From the human T2T-CHM13v2.0 reference genome, Homo sapiens, in the NCBI RefSeq assembly GCF_009914755.1, contig NC_060935.1: a stretch of DNA of 64,000 bases, one strand, 5' to 3'. Both the position numbers and the translations under genes were made by a program. Below, in pieces: positions 12,036 to 26,896 of this stretch (its first letter is position 1; each line of letters begins with the position of its first letter). The notes under the pieces are model-generated. The model was not told the origin of the DNA and made no database searches. It saw only the letters and a program-made list of their open reading frames with translations.

Positions 12036-12278
12036 GTAAAGGCTGGTTCTGGACCTCATAGCCCCCCGGGAGAGAGTGCTGCCAGCTGATGGGGCACTGT
12101 GCACACAGGTGGCCCGGGGCCGTTGTGGGAGTGAAGCTGTGCACACGCATAGGGTTGGGAGTGGGAGGCAGCCAGCTGTCCACTGGCCTGGAAGCACAGG
12201 GCCATGGGCCTCTGTGACCACCTTGTTCTCTAGCTTGGCTTGGAATCACAGCTTTCTTTTCCTTTATTTTATCCGCAG

Positions 12279-12350
12279 CCCTTACATAATTGGCACAATG
12301 AACCAGGCTACCTCTTCGACTCCCAACCTGCAGCTTCACCATAACTTCAG
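12279..12350 (+). CDS. NAV2: NAV2 coding exon (sensor-1 strand IIGTMN)
   Basis: ccgcag|C...TTCAG|gtcagt; 72 nt, phase 2->2; CPYIIGTMNQATSSTPNLQLHHNFR. Confidence 0.95.
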
Positions 12351-13349
12351 GTCAGTTTTCCCTTCCCTTGTCCAGTTAAACAATGGAATCACAAAGAAGA
12401 AAAGCAAGAAGGGGCGGGTAGAGATGCCTGTGTTGAGTATGTGTTGTATGCTAGGTATTGTTAAGCATTTTTCTCAGCTTAATCCATTTAATTTTAACTT
12501 CAGCCTCAAGTAATTACATTCACCACTCTCAGTTTACCAATGGGGAAACTAAGGCCCAGAGACTTAAGTGACTTGGGTGAGGTCACACACTGGTCAGTGG
12601 CAGAGTGGAACTTGCAATCAAGTCTCTGCCTCTGAGTCTTGCTGTCATAGGGTCAAGGGGGCAGCTCTGGAAGGGACTGCAGGTGACCCTGCTGCCCTGC
12701 TTGTTTCCAGTGGCGTCTCTCTGTCCCAAGTGAACATGAGCAATGACAGCTTTTACCTAAAATGTCCCCACCTAGCTGGGTCTGTGGGCCCTCGAGTCCC
12801 AGCTGCTGTGACTCCCTACCAGCTTGTCTTCCCTGCCCCGCTGCCATAGCACCACGCTGGTGCTCTCTCATGGCCAGGATGTGGGAGGGGCTGTTCACCT
12901 CGGTTGTGCTAGATTGCATTGCTGCCTGATTGACATCACCAAACACCCCTTGCCCCATATTGAATCTCAGTTGACTCCACCTCTCCTGCCTGGGCCCTTA
13001 GAGGTGGATGTGAAGGTGTCTCCTGGGCTAGGACCCCCGGCTCATTTCCACTGGCCATTCTATGGGCATCTCTGAGGGAGATCTATTGAAAGTGGGTCTG
13101 AATGTAATTACCAGAGAAATGTTGACTCCTCCAGCACACTGAGAGCATGGCTCACCTCTGCATTTAGGCTGTCCTGGTCTTGTTCATGCTTTCCCCTAAT
13201 TATCCCTCAAGTCCATCGTCCTCCTCTTTCCCCCTATCACTGCCCCATCATCACCCAGCACACCATTGCCATCACCTAGCTGGTACGTCTGCTTGCAGCT
13301 TTCCCCCTGCACTCTGTAGCCAATCCTCTGCACTGTGGCAGCCAGACCA

Positions 13350-14045
13350 GAGTGAGCATTCTAGAGTACACATCTGACCATAGAACTCTCGTGCTTAAAG
13401 TCCTTCAGTAGCTCCAGCTCCCTATGGCCTGCAGGATGAAATCCAGACTCCGTTGGTTGGCAGGTCAAGTATGAACTTCAGCTACACTAAACCTCTGGTA
13501 GTTTCCCCAAACATCCATGCTATTTCCCATGCCTTTGCAAAGGCTGCAGCATCACCCCACTCCTGACCCCAACAACTGCTCCTGCCTTTCCTTATGTTGC
13601 TGCCCATTATCTGTCCAGTCTCAGCCCAGACATCCCCTCCTCTAAGGAGCCTTCCCTGATTCCCTTAGGCTTCATCATATTTCATTTCTTTCTTTGCCTG
13701 TCTGCCTCCTCCACCAGACTGTGAGCTCCTGGGAACCAGGACGGTGTCTTAGTCATAGTGATAGTTCCATAGCCTAGCACCGGGCCTGACATCAAGCACA
13801 AGAGGCAGTTTGTCTCAGTGGTTAGAGCCTAGCCTCTGGAGCCAGGCTTCTTGGTTCTCATCTTAGCTCTTCAATTAACTAGCTGTTTGATCCTGGAAAA
13901 GTTACATGACCTGTCTGTTCCTCAGCATTTCTGTCCGCAAAACGGAGGTGGAGATAATATCTATGTTAGAGGGTTGGTATCAGGAACTGTGAGTTAATAC
14001 ATAGTTACAATGTTTAGAAGAGTGTTCGGTGCATAGCTAATCCAA
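13350..14045 (+). mobile_element. L2 3' end followed by MIR
   Basis: ccaccagactgtgagctcctgggaaccaggacggtgtctt...cctagcac (L2 tail), then a MIR core. Confidence 0.6.
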
Positions 14046-14156
14046 TTTGTTGCATTAGCATATACACCTTCTGTTTCTAACGTGCTTTGGTTCCTGAGGT
14101 CAGCCATCATTTGGATCACCATCATAAGCTTGAAAAGTGTTTCTGACTTCCTCCAG

Positions 14157-14353
14157 ATGGGTGCTTTGTGCCAACCACACGGAGCCTGTGAAGGGTTTCC
14201 TTGGCCGATTCCTGAGGAGGAAGCTCATGGAAACAGAGATCAGTGGGCGGGTGCGCAATATGGAGCTGGTAAAAATCATTGACTGGATTCCCAAGGTCTG
14301 GCATCACCTCAACCGCTTCCTGGAGGCTCACAGTTCCTCGGACGTCACCATCG
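14157..14353 (+). CDS. NAV2: NAV2 internal coding exon
   Basis: ctccag|A...ATCG|gtgggt; 197 nt, phase 2->1; WVLCANHTEPVKGFLGRFLRRKLMETEI...WIPKVWHHLNRFLEAHSSSDVTI. Confidence 0.96.
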
Positions 14354-14764
14354 GTGGGTGGGAGACTGGGGTCAGGGGGGCGGGCTGGCATCCTCAGGTG
14401 CCCATCCTCTGGGCCCTGGCCAGGACAGCACTTTGCAGGCACAGTCAGCAGAAGCTGGACTGTCCATAAAGATAGAAAGTGGGGCAGAGGGACAGTCACA
14501 GACCAGGTAGACCCCAAATTGCTAGTGGTCTGCAGAAGAGAGATGTGTCCAGCCTGGCCCAATGTAGAAACTGCTGGCTCACTAAAGAGCTCCCTCAAGG
14601 TTCCCCCAAGCTGAAGCTACCCTCTGGGATTGGCTTTGCTTGAAAAATAAAATTTTATCAGCATTTCTGAAAGCTGGACATTTAGAACAGAGAAAAAAGA
14701 TCACTAACCATCCCACCATCTTGACATAATTTTAATTTGAGCTTAGTTTTTCTGTCCTTGTTCA

Positions 14765-14877
<113 letters not shown>

Positions 14878-14921
14878 TTTATGAAGTGGCAATCATAGCA
14901 TACATATAACATGTTCCTTTT

Positions 14922-15225
<304 letters not shown>

Positions 15226-15270
15226 TCATTTAGCACTATCTCATGAGCATTCTTTGTTGCTACTCAGTTG

Positions 15271-15589
<319 letters not shown>

Positions 15590-15642
15590 AATTACTCAGT
15601 TTTAAAAATTATTTTTAAAGGCTACAAAATGATCAAATGTAG

Positions 15643-16014
<372 letters not shown>

Positions 16015-16299
16015 CATGGGCTTCCATTTTTAAAAATCAAGATTAGTGATGCCACAGTGAGCATCTTCCCCATAAAGCCTTTCCTGGAGGAGGGAGACCC
16101 CCAGGTGGAATCAGGGATCAGAGTGTCCTTCTCTGTGGCCACCATCCAGGGCTAGTATACCTGCATTCAGGCCTCAGCCCTGCCATCCCTCAGAACGTCT
16201 AGGGTCCCTCCTGTGAAGGGTGCTCGGACCATGGCTTCACCTGATGCCCCATCACCCATGCCCATTTGAGTGCTAATGTATTTTCACTGTGGTCTCCAG

Positions 16300-16418
16300 G
16301 CCCCCGGCTCTTCCTGTCATGCCCCATCGATGTGGACGGCTCGAGAGTGTGGTTCACCGACTTGTGGAACTATTCCATTATCCCCTATCTCCTGGAAGCC
16401 ATCAGAGAAGGACTCCAG
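16300..16418 (+). CDS. NAV2: NAV2 internal coding exon
   Basis: ctccag|GC...CAG|gtgaga; 119 nt, phase 1->0; GPRLFLSCPIDVDGSRVWFTDLWNYSIIPYLLEAIREGLQ. Confidence 0.96.
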
Positions 16419-16995
16419 GTGAGAAGACACCCCTGCTGGCTTCCTTGAAGCTGAGGGGGACTGTTCTGGTGACCAGATGAGTTGTCTTTATCTCCTCCTC
16501 CAGGAATCTGACTGACATGGGGTGACAACCCCTCACCTGGGAGTTCATCAGTGTAGTCCAGTGTAGGGACACACCTGGCTGCAAGTCCTGGCTCTTCCAC
16601 CCATTAGCATTGTGACCCCAGGCCAGCTGGTTAGCCTTTCTGTGCCTCAGAGCCCTCATTGATATTCTGCCACAAAGAGTTTGTTGCAAGGATGAAATGG
16701 AAGTGCTCAGCATCGTGAGTGCCTGAGAAGTAGAACCATACACATGTGTAGTACTTCACAGTTTGCAAAATATTCTCCTATCTGCCTTTTGGGTTAAGCC
16801 TTGGATTAGTCCTGGAACTTGGACAGAAATTTGGTTTTTTACTCCATTTTTAAGAGAAAAAATGAGGCTCAAAGAGAATAAATGATGTGCTTAAGGTTAT
16901 AAAAGGGAAGCTTGAAAGGTCTGGGATTTGAATCCATGCCTTCTGGGTCAAATTCCAGGTTCTTAGCCCTGAGGCTGGTGGCATTCTTTCCCTGA

Positions 16996-17462
<467 letters not shown>

Positions 17463-19694
17463 TAGTTTTATTGTTGAGCCTGGAGGCAGCCTAAGAAGTT
17501 CTGTAGGCTTTTAACACTCACAGTTAGTAATCAGCAGACATCACATGTGGCTGAATAATCCAGAAACCAGTTTGGTAGCCAGGTTTCCAAGAGTTTTTTT
17601 GTTTCCTTGGTACTGGACAGTGGGAGACACAAGATGCTATCGTAGGCCTGTGGAGGGTGCAGGGACTGGTGTGCACCCACAGGCACGTGTGTGACAAATG
17701 CAAGTTAATGGCTGCAGTCAGTGTTTGTCATTTCTGTATAGGGCTGAACTGAGGAGTATTCAACTATTTTCTATCTATGATTTATAGCAGCAATGATGGT
17801 CTTCAGAGGCATTCAGGACAAAGGGAGCTTGAAAAGGAAAGTATTTTGCCTCTTGTGATATATTTCACTAAACTGGAGCATACGCATTGCAAATTCAAGT
17901 CAGCATATTTAATAAAGTGTATTGTGAAAGCAGGAAAAAAGCAAGAAATTAGGCAACTTTTGGCCAGCCTAAAATCATTGGTTAGCAGAGCTCTATCAAC
18001 TGTTGCTTTCATACAAGAAGGTATGAATGATTTTAGATCTTTGCAGTAGAACCTCCCTAGGTAGGTAAAGTCACTGGCGTGGATAAATTGACCATAATTT
18101 AGTCCTTAATCAAATGGTTTTGTTAAGACCACAGACCCAAACAACCACTCAGTCATTCCTATTTTGGGACCAGTGGAAGCATCTCCTACCTGCTGGATTC
18201 TTGCAGTCTGTCTCATTTCAGAAGCCTCTCTCCTCTGTTCTCATTGATGGCTTCCAGGGAGTGTGATATGCCCAGCACCTCTGGGAAACTAAAGCTGCTT
18301 AAGAAAAGTAAAGAGAATTGCAGGCAGATGAGGTGGACTGTTTGCCCCTGATTCCACCTCACCTTCTCCCATTTGCTTCATCTTTGCTCTAAATGTGGTC
18401 TTCTGGTGTAGGAAGGGGAGTGAACCTCAGAGTCACTGGGAAGAACTCACGGGCTCTGCTGAATAAAGGCCTCCCCTGCCCTGGAAGGCATTAACCAGGA
18501 AGCAGGGAGCCTGTCTGTGCTCCAGCCTTGCGCTGCACTTGAGCAGGCCCCTCACTGGTTAACAGTGGTTGGCGGTGCCAAGGCCCTGCTCCTTTGGACC
18601 TGAACCTAAAGGAAGGCTTTCTGGGCATGGCTGGAAAGGAACTCCCCTTCCCACCTAGGAGAGGTTGCTGATGGAGCTGATCATAGAGGATCATTGGGCG
18701 TCCTTCCCACCATGGGAAAGTGAGGCCCCAGCCATCTGGGGCAGGGAGCAGAGACATGCTCCCATCTCAAGACTCACTAGTTCAGTGTGAGGCAGGAAAA
18801 GTCATCACTGCTTTGTGCTTAGAGGTCATTTGAAGGTTAGTCTTTCAAGAGTGTGGAGCTGCAAAGGGAGGCGGCCAGAGTTTGCATCCCACTAAGTGGC
18901 TCAAAAGTGAGTCACTATGCCCCAAACTTGTGACCTCGCCATCCTGATCAGCCCAGGAGACTGTATAGACTGCGGATTCCTGCGGAAGCTTGCTGTGTTC
19001 TTCATGCCTCTGGTTTTGAAGGAACATTTGGTGATGTTTTTTGAGGGCCTGCTACTTGACAGGCACCATTAGGGGCCCGACGTGCATGATCTCATTTAGT
19101 TCTGACAGCCCAGTGAGTCTCTTAACAGATGAGGAAACTGAGGCTCACGGACGTTCTTGCCCCGTACCATGTCCATTCAGCAGGGTATGGTGGAGTGCGT
19201 GTTGGTGCCCAGGACTAGCTGGCCCCTTGGCTACTTCTGTTATTTTCAGGCTATCCTGAGGACACCCATCACTCCACTGAGAAGCCACAGGTGGCTTGGG
19301 GAACCAAATACTGAATTTTATAGAGTGGAGTTCTCCCTATGATTTCATTTGACAAAAGGATTCCTTTATTTTTAAAAAATTAAAATTCCCTACTCTCCTT
19401 TGTGTTACTTTGAGTCCACACCTACTCTAGGGTCACCTGCCCCTCACCTAACCCGGGTAAGTGGCCATGAAGTGAGCACATTGCAGTTCAGAGTGAGGTT
19501 CTAGGCTGAGAACAGGTGGAGTCCCTAGAATGGGTTCTGACAGGGCTACCGTGCACCAGGAGCTGGGATGGAGCGCTGCCCATGGTAGTATGGATTTGGT
19601 GGGAACGTAAGGAGACCTGCTGTCATCAGGGGATGAGGATGGCTTCCAGGTAGCCCCTCCCACAGGTACACCCGTGCCAGGAGGAAACATGATA

Positions 19695-19710
19695 TCGCCC
19701 TCTAGTGAGC
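19695..19710 (-). promoter_or_regulatory. CTCF motif candidate
   Basis: Reverse complement GCTCACTAGAGGGCGA resembles CCASYAGRKGGCR. Confidence 0.5.
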
Positions 19711-21024
19711 ATAAGGTAGCACTGCAAGGGCGTGTAAGTGCAGATGCACTTGTGGAACTGCTTGGAGGACCTTCCTGAATGTGCAGCCGATGCATCCTTC
19801 TGTGATGTGCACACCCTCCCAGGAGCCCCCTGCATCCCACAGTCAGAAGGCTCACAGTGGCCCAGGTTTTAGTTTTCAATGTCTCAGCTCCCTGTTGTCC
19901 TGCTCCCATTTTTCCTGACCCAGTGGGGATGCCAGGTTCCTTCTCCTGCCTTAGGGAAAGTGAATGTCCTCCCCTCTGTGTCTGTCTGTCCAGATGTCTC
20001 TGCTGCTGCCCTCGGGGCCTGCAGTGGAGCTGAGGAGCTTTATGATGTTTCCTTTGCTTACCACAGTACTTACCCAGCCATTCATCACCCAGACTTGAAC
20101 ATGTCCAGTGACAAGTGAGGAGGCTTGTAAAAATATTTTCTGTTCTTGCAGATGATGTTAACATGTACCTAATGTGCATTTGTCTTATGACTCAGTCCTG
20201 AGCCCTGCTTCCCTTTGGAGCTGTCATTGGAAACACTTGCCAAAGTGTCTAAAGTCTGCAGGGTAACTCAAAAGACCTTTCTCTGTGCCCAGGGCAGGCT
20301 TGGTGCCTGCAGGGAACAGGAACAGTGCAGAGTCAGTGTGGGGCCATTTATCGGATTATCCAGCCTGCTCTGAGACCCCAGACAGGTCTCCCGTCTCTTG
20401 GCCTTGGGTTCTCCATCTATAAATTGACAAGTTTGGACTAGAAGAGTGTTTTTTCAGGCTGGTTTCTATGAAGCCCAAAAGTTCCCCAGTCTACTCAGTT
20501 GAAGACCAGAGATGAAGAGCAAATGTTTGAAAACCATGGTGCCAGATAATCTCTGAGGACATGTTCAGCTCCAGGAGTTCTAGCCTCTGTGATTCTGCAG
20601 CCCTGAGCATGTCCTCATCCAGGCTGTAGAGTGGAGACAGAAGCAGTAGCTGTCACAGAAGCAGTAGCTGTGAGGGTTTGGTTCAGCCTCATGTGAGGTC
20701 TGGCTTGGGAAATGCAGCCCAGTTTCCACAGGGAAAGACCTCAGAGGGAGAAACTTCTCAAAATTGCACAAATGGTTCTAATGTGGAGCAGCCTTCTTCT
20801 GCTCCAAATATCCCACTTTTGCATTCTCTTCTGCCCTGAGACACATGCCCACATACACACAAACTCATGCCCCTCACACGATTCCTTCCTGCTCACACAA
20901 TAATTGCCTTTCAAATGCCAGACTGAGCTCCTAGGCCTGAGACTCACTCCTGCCCCAGGTTAAGGAAGACTTAGCAACAGACTGGGCCAGAGCGCAGGAC
21001 GGGAGGAGTGCTGGTGTCTGGGAA

Positions 21025-21300
21025 GGCAATGAGTCATAGGAGGCTGCATGACTTAAGCAGAGGGGGTGATAGCCACGAATACAGAGAGATGGGCCCATCT
21101 GAGAAGGGGCAGGGTGGGCAGCTTCCCTGACAGAAATCATAGCTAGAGGTCCCAGATGGCACAGACAGTCATGGGAGTATGGGCACTGCTGGCAGGGACA
21201 ATGAGCCCAGCAGGCTGTCACACTGATATCTGGCCAACAGCCTGCTCCGCGTCTCCCCGCTCCGGGTCTGGCTGAGTCACGTGGCTCACATGACTCAGAG
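21025..21300. promoter_or_regulatory. AP-1/ARE/E-box motif cluster (intronic enhancer candidate)
   Basis: TGAGTCA at 21030 and 21273, CACGTG at 21278, TGACTCA at 21291. Confidence 0.45.
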
Positions 21301-22362
21301 TTGTTCAAGGTGGTGTCAGTCAGGAGGGGTGGAGAGGAAAAAGGCCTGGCAAAGGAAGCTGAGGTTCTAGGTTCAAATCGGGCTCTGCCTGACAGCCTTT
21401 CTCAGCGGGCTCTGCTCTTCAGGCCTTGATTGGCCCATCTGGTAAATGAGGGGGTGGGGCTAGGTGGCCCCAGCTCCTTCCCCTTGGAAAGACGTGGTTT
21501 TGTTGGTTCAGAGCTCAGCTTCGCACTGTTGTCAGCACCTTGCTCTCTGTACCCTCTCCACGGCAGGATTCGCGGGAGGGCAGGGGGAGCAGACAGACAG
21601 ACAGACAGCCGTGGCCACCCTAGAGACACACTGCAGCCGTGGTGGCCCACAGGACTCTTTAGTCTCTGTGCCCTAAGGCCCCCTGCAGAGTCCTCTCTGC
21701 AGAACTACAGGTGACACTGCCCTGGCTGTGAGCATGTCCTGCCACATGGACCAAGTGGGCCAAACTAGTGGGCCGTGGAATTGAACATACTTAGTTTCCA
21801 ATTCTGGCTTCTCTCCTCCCTGGGCCTATTTCCTCATCTGTAAATCACGGATATTAGTACTTCCTCTTGGAGTTGCACGGTGGTTAAGCAAGGTATTCGT
21901 AAAGCATTTCTCACGGTACCTGGCACAAAGTCAGCTGGAAGATGTGGTGGTGTTAAAGAAGAAAAATATAAAGCCTATACCTAGCTGTGTAATATACAGA
22001 GCCTCGTGTTGGGCCAGTCTAGGTTTCTGTTCTTCAAAGAATGTATGTATTTCTTGAAATTGCTAGTAATGGTCACTAAAATCATTTTACCATTAGATAA
22101 TTGAGGCTTAAGAAAAGGAGCTTGGAGGCATGGTGTTGATCTTACCATAAAATTAAGTGATAATATAGTTTACTGTTTTAAGAGCCAATTAGCTATTATG
22201 GAATTTTGAGAAATACATGACAAGAGAGAAGCCCTCATAATTTCACTGCCTATGTGCAACCTCTGTTAGCAATTTGCTGTTTTGAAAAGGAGTAGCACTT
22301 CTATATAGGGGCTGTAAGAGTCAGACCCATTTCAAGAAACGGGGTTTTATTGAGCCAGGACC

Positions 22363-22665
22363 AGCCCAGCACAGTGGCTCACACCTATAATCCCAGACCT
22401 TTGGGAGACCAAGGCACGAGGATTGTTTGAGCCCAGAAGTTCAAGACCAGCCTGGGCAATATAGAGAGATCCCATCTCTTAAAAAAAAATGTTTTAAAAA
22501 TTAGCCAGACATGGTGGCACACAAGTAGTCTCAGCTACTTGGGAGGCTGAGGCAGGAGCATCACTTGAGCCCGGGAGATTGAGGCCACAGGGAGCATGAT
22601 CATGCCACTATACTCCAGCCTGAGCAACATTGCAAAACCTTGTCTCAATACAAAATCAAAGTAAA
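22363..22665 (+). mobile_element. AluJ
   Basis: Diverged Alu; TSD tt(g/a)agccagg(a/g)cca. Confidence 0.9.
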
Positions 22666-23227
22666 TATTAAGCCAGGGCCATTGTGACCTCTGCCTGCAG
22701 TGTTGGTGCCCAGAACCCAAGGTATGTAGGCAGTATTCTTTGGGTAGATGCACCAAATGGAGTACTAGAGCTGGCTCTTGAAAGCTGATAGCACCTTTTT
22801 CCAACTCCACATCCAGTGACATCATGTCAGTGGTTTGAAGTCAGTCATGGTGGGATTGTACCATGGATGTTGGCAAATGCTTCAAATCAGGTCATTGTTT
22901 TTCCCCAAAAGCCAGTTTTTCAAATTGGATTATCAAGGCTCAGAGTTTAGGGTCACACGGTGAGTCAGTGGCAGAGCTGAGACATGAACCTAGATCAGCC
23001 TGACTCCAAAGCCTGTATTCTAGACCACTGGGTCATGCTGCCTTCAGCCTTAGCACCTCGAACTGTCTGCATCTTGGATGACTTCCTGAGCATGGAATAG
23101 AAGTGGAATTACTCCATCAGGGAAGGCATGATGCTGGATTTGGGGAGTTTTTCAGAAAGCTGCAAAACTGGGGCTACGAGAGAGATCTGGGCCACTTCCA
23201 GACTGTTCCTTCTTTGCCTGTTTTCAG

Positions 23228-23431
23228 CTCTATGGAAGGCGCGCCCCCTGGGAGGATCCTGCCAAGTGGGTGATGGACACATATCCATGGGCAGCCAGCC
23301 CACAACAGCACGAGTGGCCTCCCCTGCTGCAGTTACGGCCTGAGGATGTCGGCTTCGACGGCTACTCCATGCCTCGGGAGGGATCGACAAGCAAGCAGAT
23401 GCCCCCCAGTGATGCTGAAGGTGACCCGCTG
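23228..23431 (+). CDS. NAV2: NAV2 penultimate coding exon
   Basis: tttcag|CTC...CTG|gtgagt; 204 nt, phase 0->0; LYGRRAPWEDPAKWVMDTYPW...LLQLRPEDVGFDGY...DAEGDPL. Confidence 0.96.
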
Positions 23432-23990
23432 GTGAGTCCTCAGCCACCAGAGCAGCTCAGCATTCCTTTAGCACTTACTGTGTGTTGGGTATGATGCAGA
23501 GCCTCTGGAAATACAAAGGTGACTAAATCCAGCCTTGCTTTGGAAGGCTGGACCCAAATGACTGGGCCATTTTTGCCAATATTTTCTTCCATGGTTTTAG
23601 TTTTTCACTAAAAACTTCTCCTCTGAAATTTTTTTCTGGTATTAGATAACAGATTAAGAATTGATTTTTCCCCTTAAATGTTCTTATACCTACTGTCTCT
23701 ATACAACACTTTGCCCTCTGATTTGGGATGCCACCTCTATTACCTACTATCCTATTACTTTGATCTCTCCTACCGATAGCAGAGCAGAGGAAGGATTGCT
23801 AAGGACCAGAAGCCCAAGGCAAATGATAGGGTAAACAGGGAGAGGTCTGAGGGCAGGAGGGACTCACAGAGGGGAGGAGGCCTGAATATGAGTCCCATGG
23901 CCATTGAGATGAGCTAAGTCTTTCACACTGTTTAAGCTTCTTATTTATTCGGCTGTTGCTAAAACAATAAAGGCCCTTTAAGAAGCACCC

Positions 23991-24592
<602 letters not shown>

Positions 24593-26770
24593 CTAATCGA
24601 TTGTAGTACTCTACCAATATAAGACCCACACAGAGTCACACTGCTAAATTAGACCTAACAAATCAAAAGCCCAGTAAAATAAAAAGGAAGCAAATATACC
24701 AAAACCTCCCATGGTTAAAGGACTATTATCATGCCTTAAATTTAGCCCCAAGCTTTCTTGGCAGGCATAGCAAAAAGAAAACATAACAGAGAATATTATT
24801 TACATTACCTAATGAAAGAAAATATTATAAGAGATGTAGCAGGATTAAAAGACAACTGATTTACTGTTCTATTCCTAGCAGCTAATTAAGTCCCTAGATT
24901 AAAAAAATAATAATAATATTAATAGGCGATTCAGGTTGTCTGCCATCCTACTGTTTGGTGGGATGTAGCTGTGGTTCTGTTGAAGATTGCAGTGGGAACT
25001 GTATTTTTTAAGGATTTATTATTTGTGTTGCCATGTACAACCTAGTTTGCAATATTTATAACAGTAGTCTTACAAAGGAAAGAAGCATACTTTAAACAGC
25101 CGTTTGCAACGTTAACCATTGCTGAAAGCCAAAGTCACGGAGGTATTTTTTGCAGGGGCAAACTCATGAGGTCTTAACTTACATAGAAAATAGAATTTAG
25201 TATATTTAGAGGAAAGAATGGCCAGCCCATCCCTAAACAATCTTTTCTGAGCCAGTAACATTTGTATCACTGGTTGGACACAGAAGGTGTGTAGGTAAGA
25301 CCCAGGATTCTTGGAAATGCAGAAACAGATTTCTCCTTCCAACCCCAGGCCCCCAGAAGTGAGCTGTGCCAGTCCAGCCACTTCCATTACCGAGTTAGAT
25401 ATTTGGTATTTCTCCTCAGTTCTGCTCTTTCTGCCCAGGGCCATATGTCTCTATTATCATAGCTCTCTTCTGTATTAATCCTTCTCACTCATGAGACTGA
25501 GACTTCCATGAAAACAGAATTTACTTGCTTTTGTTCCAGAACCATATACTGTGGACACACTGGGAGTGTTTAATGAGTGAATAAGTAATCCCAGTTGCCA
25601 AGGATTGTCCATTATACTTCAGCTCTGCCTCTTCCCTAGTTATGGCTGTGCAGATGGACACCAGATGATGGTGCTTCTGCAGCCTGGAGCATCTGGGTAG
25701 ACTCTGCAAAGCATCCTGAGGGGCAGCTGGATTGTATGCCCAGCTGCACCACATCTTGGCCCTAGCTCAGAGAGGCCCCATATTCCTGACTTACTTCCTA
25801 TATGAAATATAAAATACATACACACAATTTACAGTTATAAATAAAAGTAGTTTTTATTCCCTCTCCCACTCCCAAACAAGTGACCCGTAGTATGTAAACA
25901 AGGGCAGATTCAAGAACACTGTCGCTAAACTCTTTTAAGTTAGATGATGATGACAACAGATGACATTTATTAAGCGCTTACTATATGCCAGGCCAGCCCC
26001 TTTTCTAAGGGTTTAATACACATTATATCATTTTATTCCCTACTTCAACCCTATGAGAAGTGTTGCCATTCTCCCCATTCCACAGATGACGAACTGCTGG
26101 CTCAGATACCTTAGGTAACTTGCCCAGAGATTCCTGAATCATAAGCGAAGGCTCTTTGCACTCGGAGCCTTTGCTTGTAACTGGTGCTCCCCCTCACCTC
26201 CCTGCCAAGGCTTCCACAGGAGCTGCAGCACAGTTGGCTCCAGTCTGACCTGGCCAGAGCAAGGAGAAGAGATGGGTTTGATGCTTGTCGAAGTGGGAGG
26301 GGGTCCGTGTGCTTCCGATGTCAGTGATGCTGATGCCAAGTTCCAGGAACAGGGATGCTCAGCCACACCTTCATCCAGGCCGAGGGCTAGGCCTGAAAGG
26401 TGTGCCCCTCCTAAATAAAAAATAAATAAGCTATGTATAGAGATCATCATTTTGTTTTCAGTGCTCTACGTATATTAACTCAATCCACCCATAACATTAT
26501 AGGGCAGGTACTATTATTATTCACATTTGACCAGTAAAGAAACAAGTATAAAGAGGTTAAGTAATGTGTTCAAAGTCATGCAGCTAGTAATTGGTGAAGC
26601 TGGGATTTGAACCCTAGAAGCCTGGCCCAAAGTCCATGTTCTTGTCCACTGCCTCCACTGTGGGCTGTTATCCCAGGTGAGTCTGGAGGAGGTGGCATGA
26701 CCTTTTAGGAGTCCAGGGTGGGCGGCCAACTAGACAGAAAGCAGCTCATGCTTCTCCACTCTTCCCCTAG

Positions 26771-26896
26771 ATGAACATGCTGATGAGGCTGCAGGAGGCA
26801 GCCAACTACTCCAGCCCCCAGAGCTATGACAGCGACTCCAACAGCAACAGCCATCACGATGACATCTTGGACTCCTCTTTGGAGTCCACTCTGTGA
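26771..26896 (+). CDS. NAV2: NAV2 last exon, coding part with stop
   Basis: ccctag|ATG...CTG TGA; MNMLMRLQEAANYSSPQSYDSDSNSNSHHDDILDSSLESTL*. Confidence 0.96.
   Translation: MNMLMRLQEAANYSSPQSYDSDSNSNSHHDDILDSSLESTL

Noticed and set aside
19448-20179. 243-aa antisense ORF, the longest in the track
   Set aside because: No recognisable domain or coding-like composition; consistent with a chance ORF in GC-rich intron.
20637-20672. 18-bp tandem duplication acagaagcagtagctgt
   Set aside because: Ordinary slippage duplication with no functional cue.
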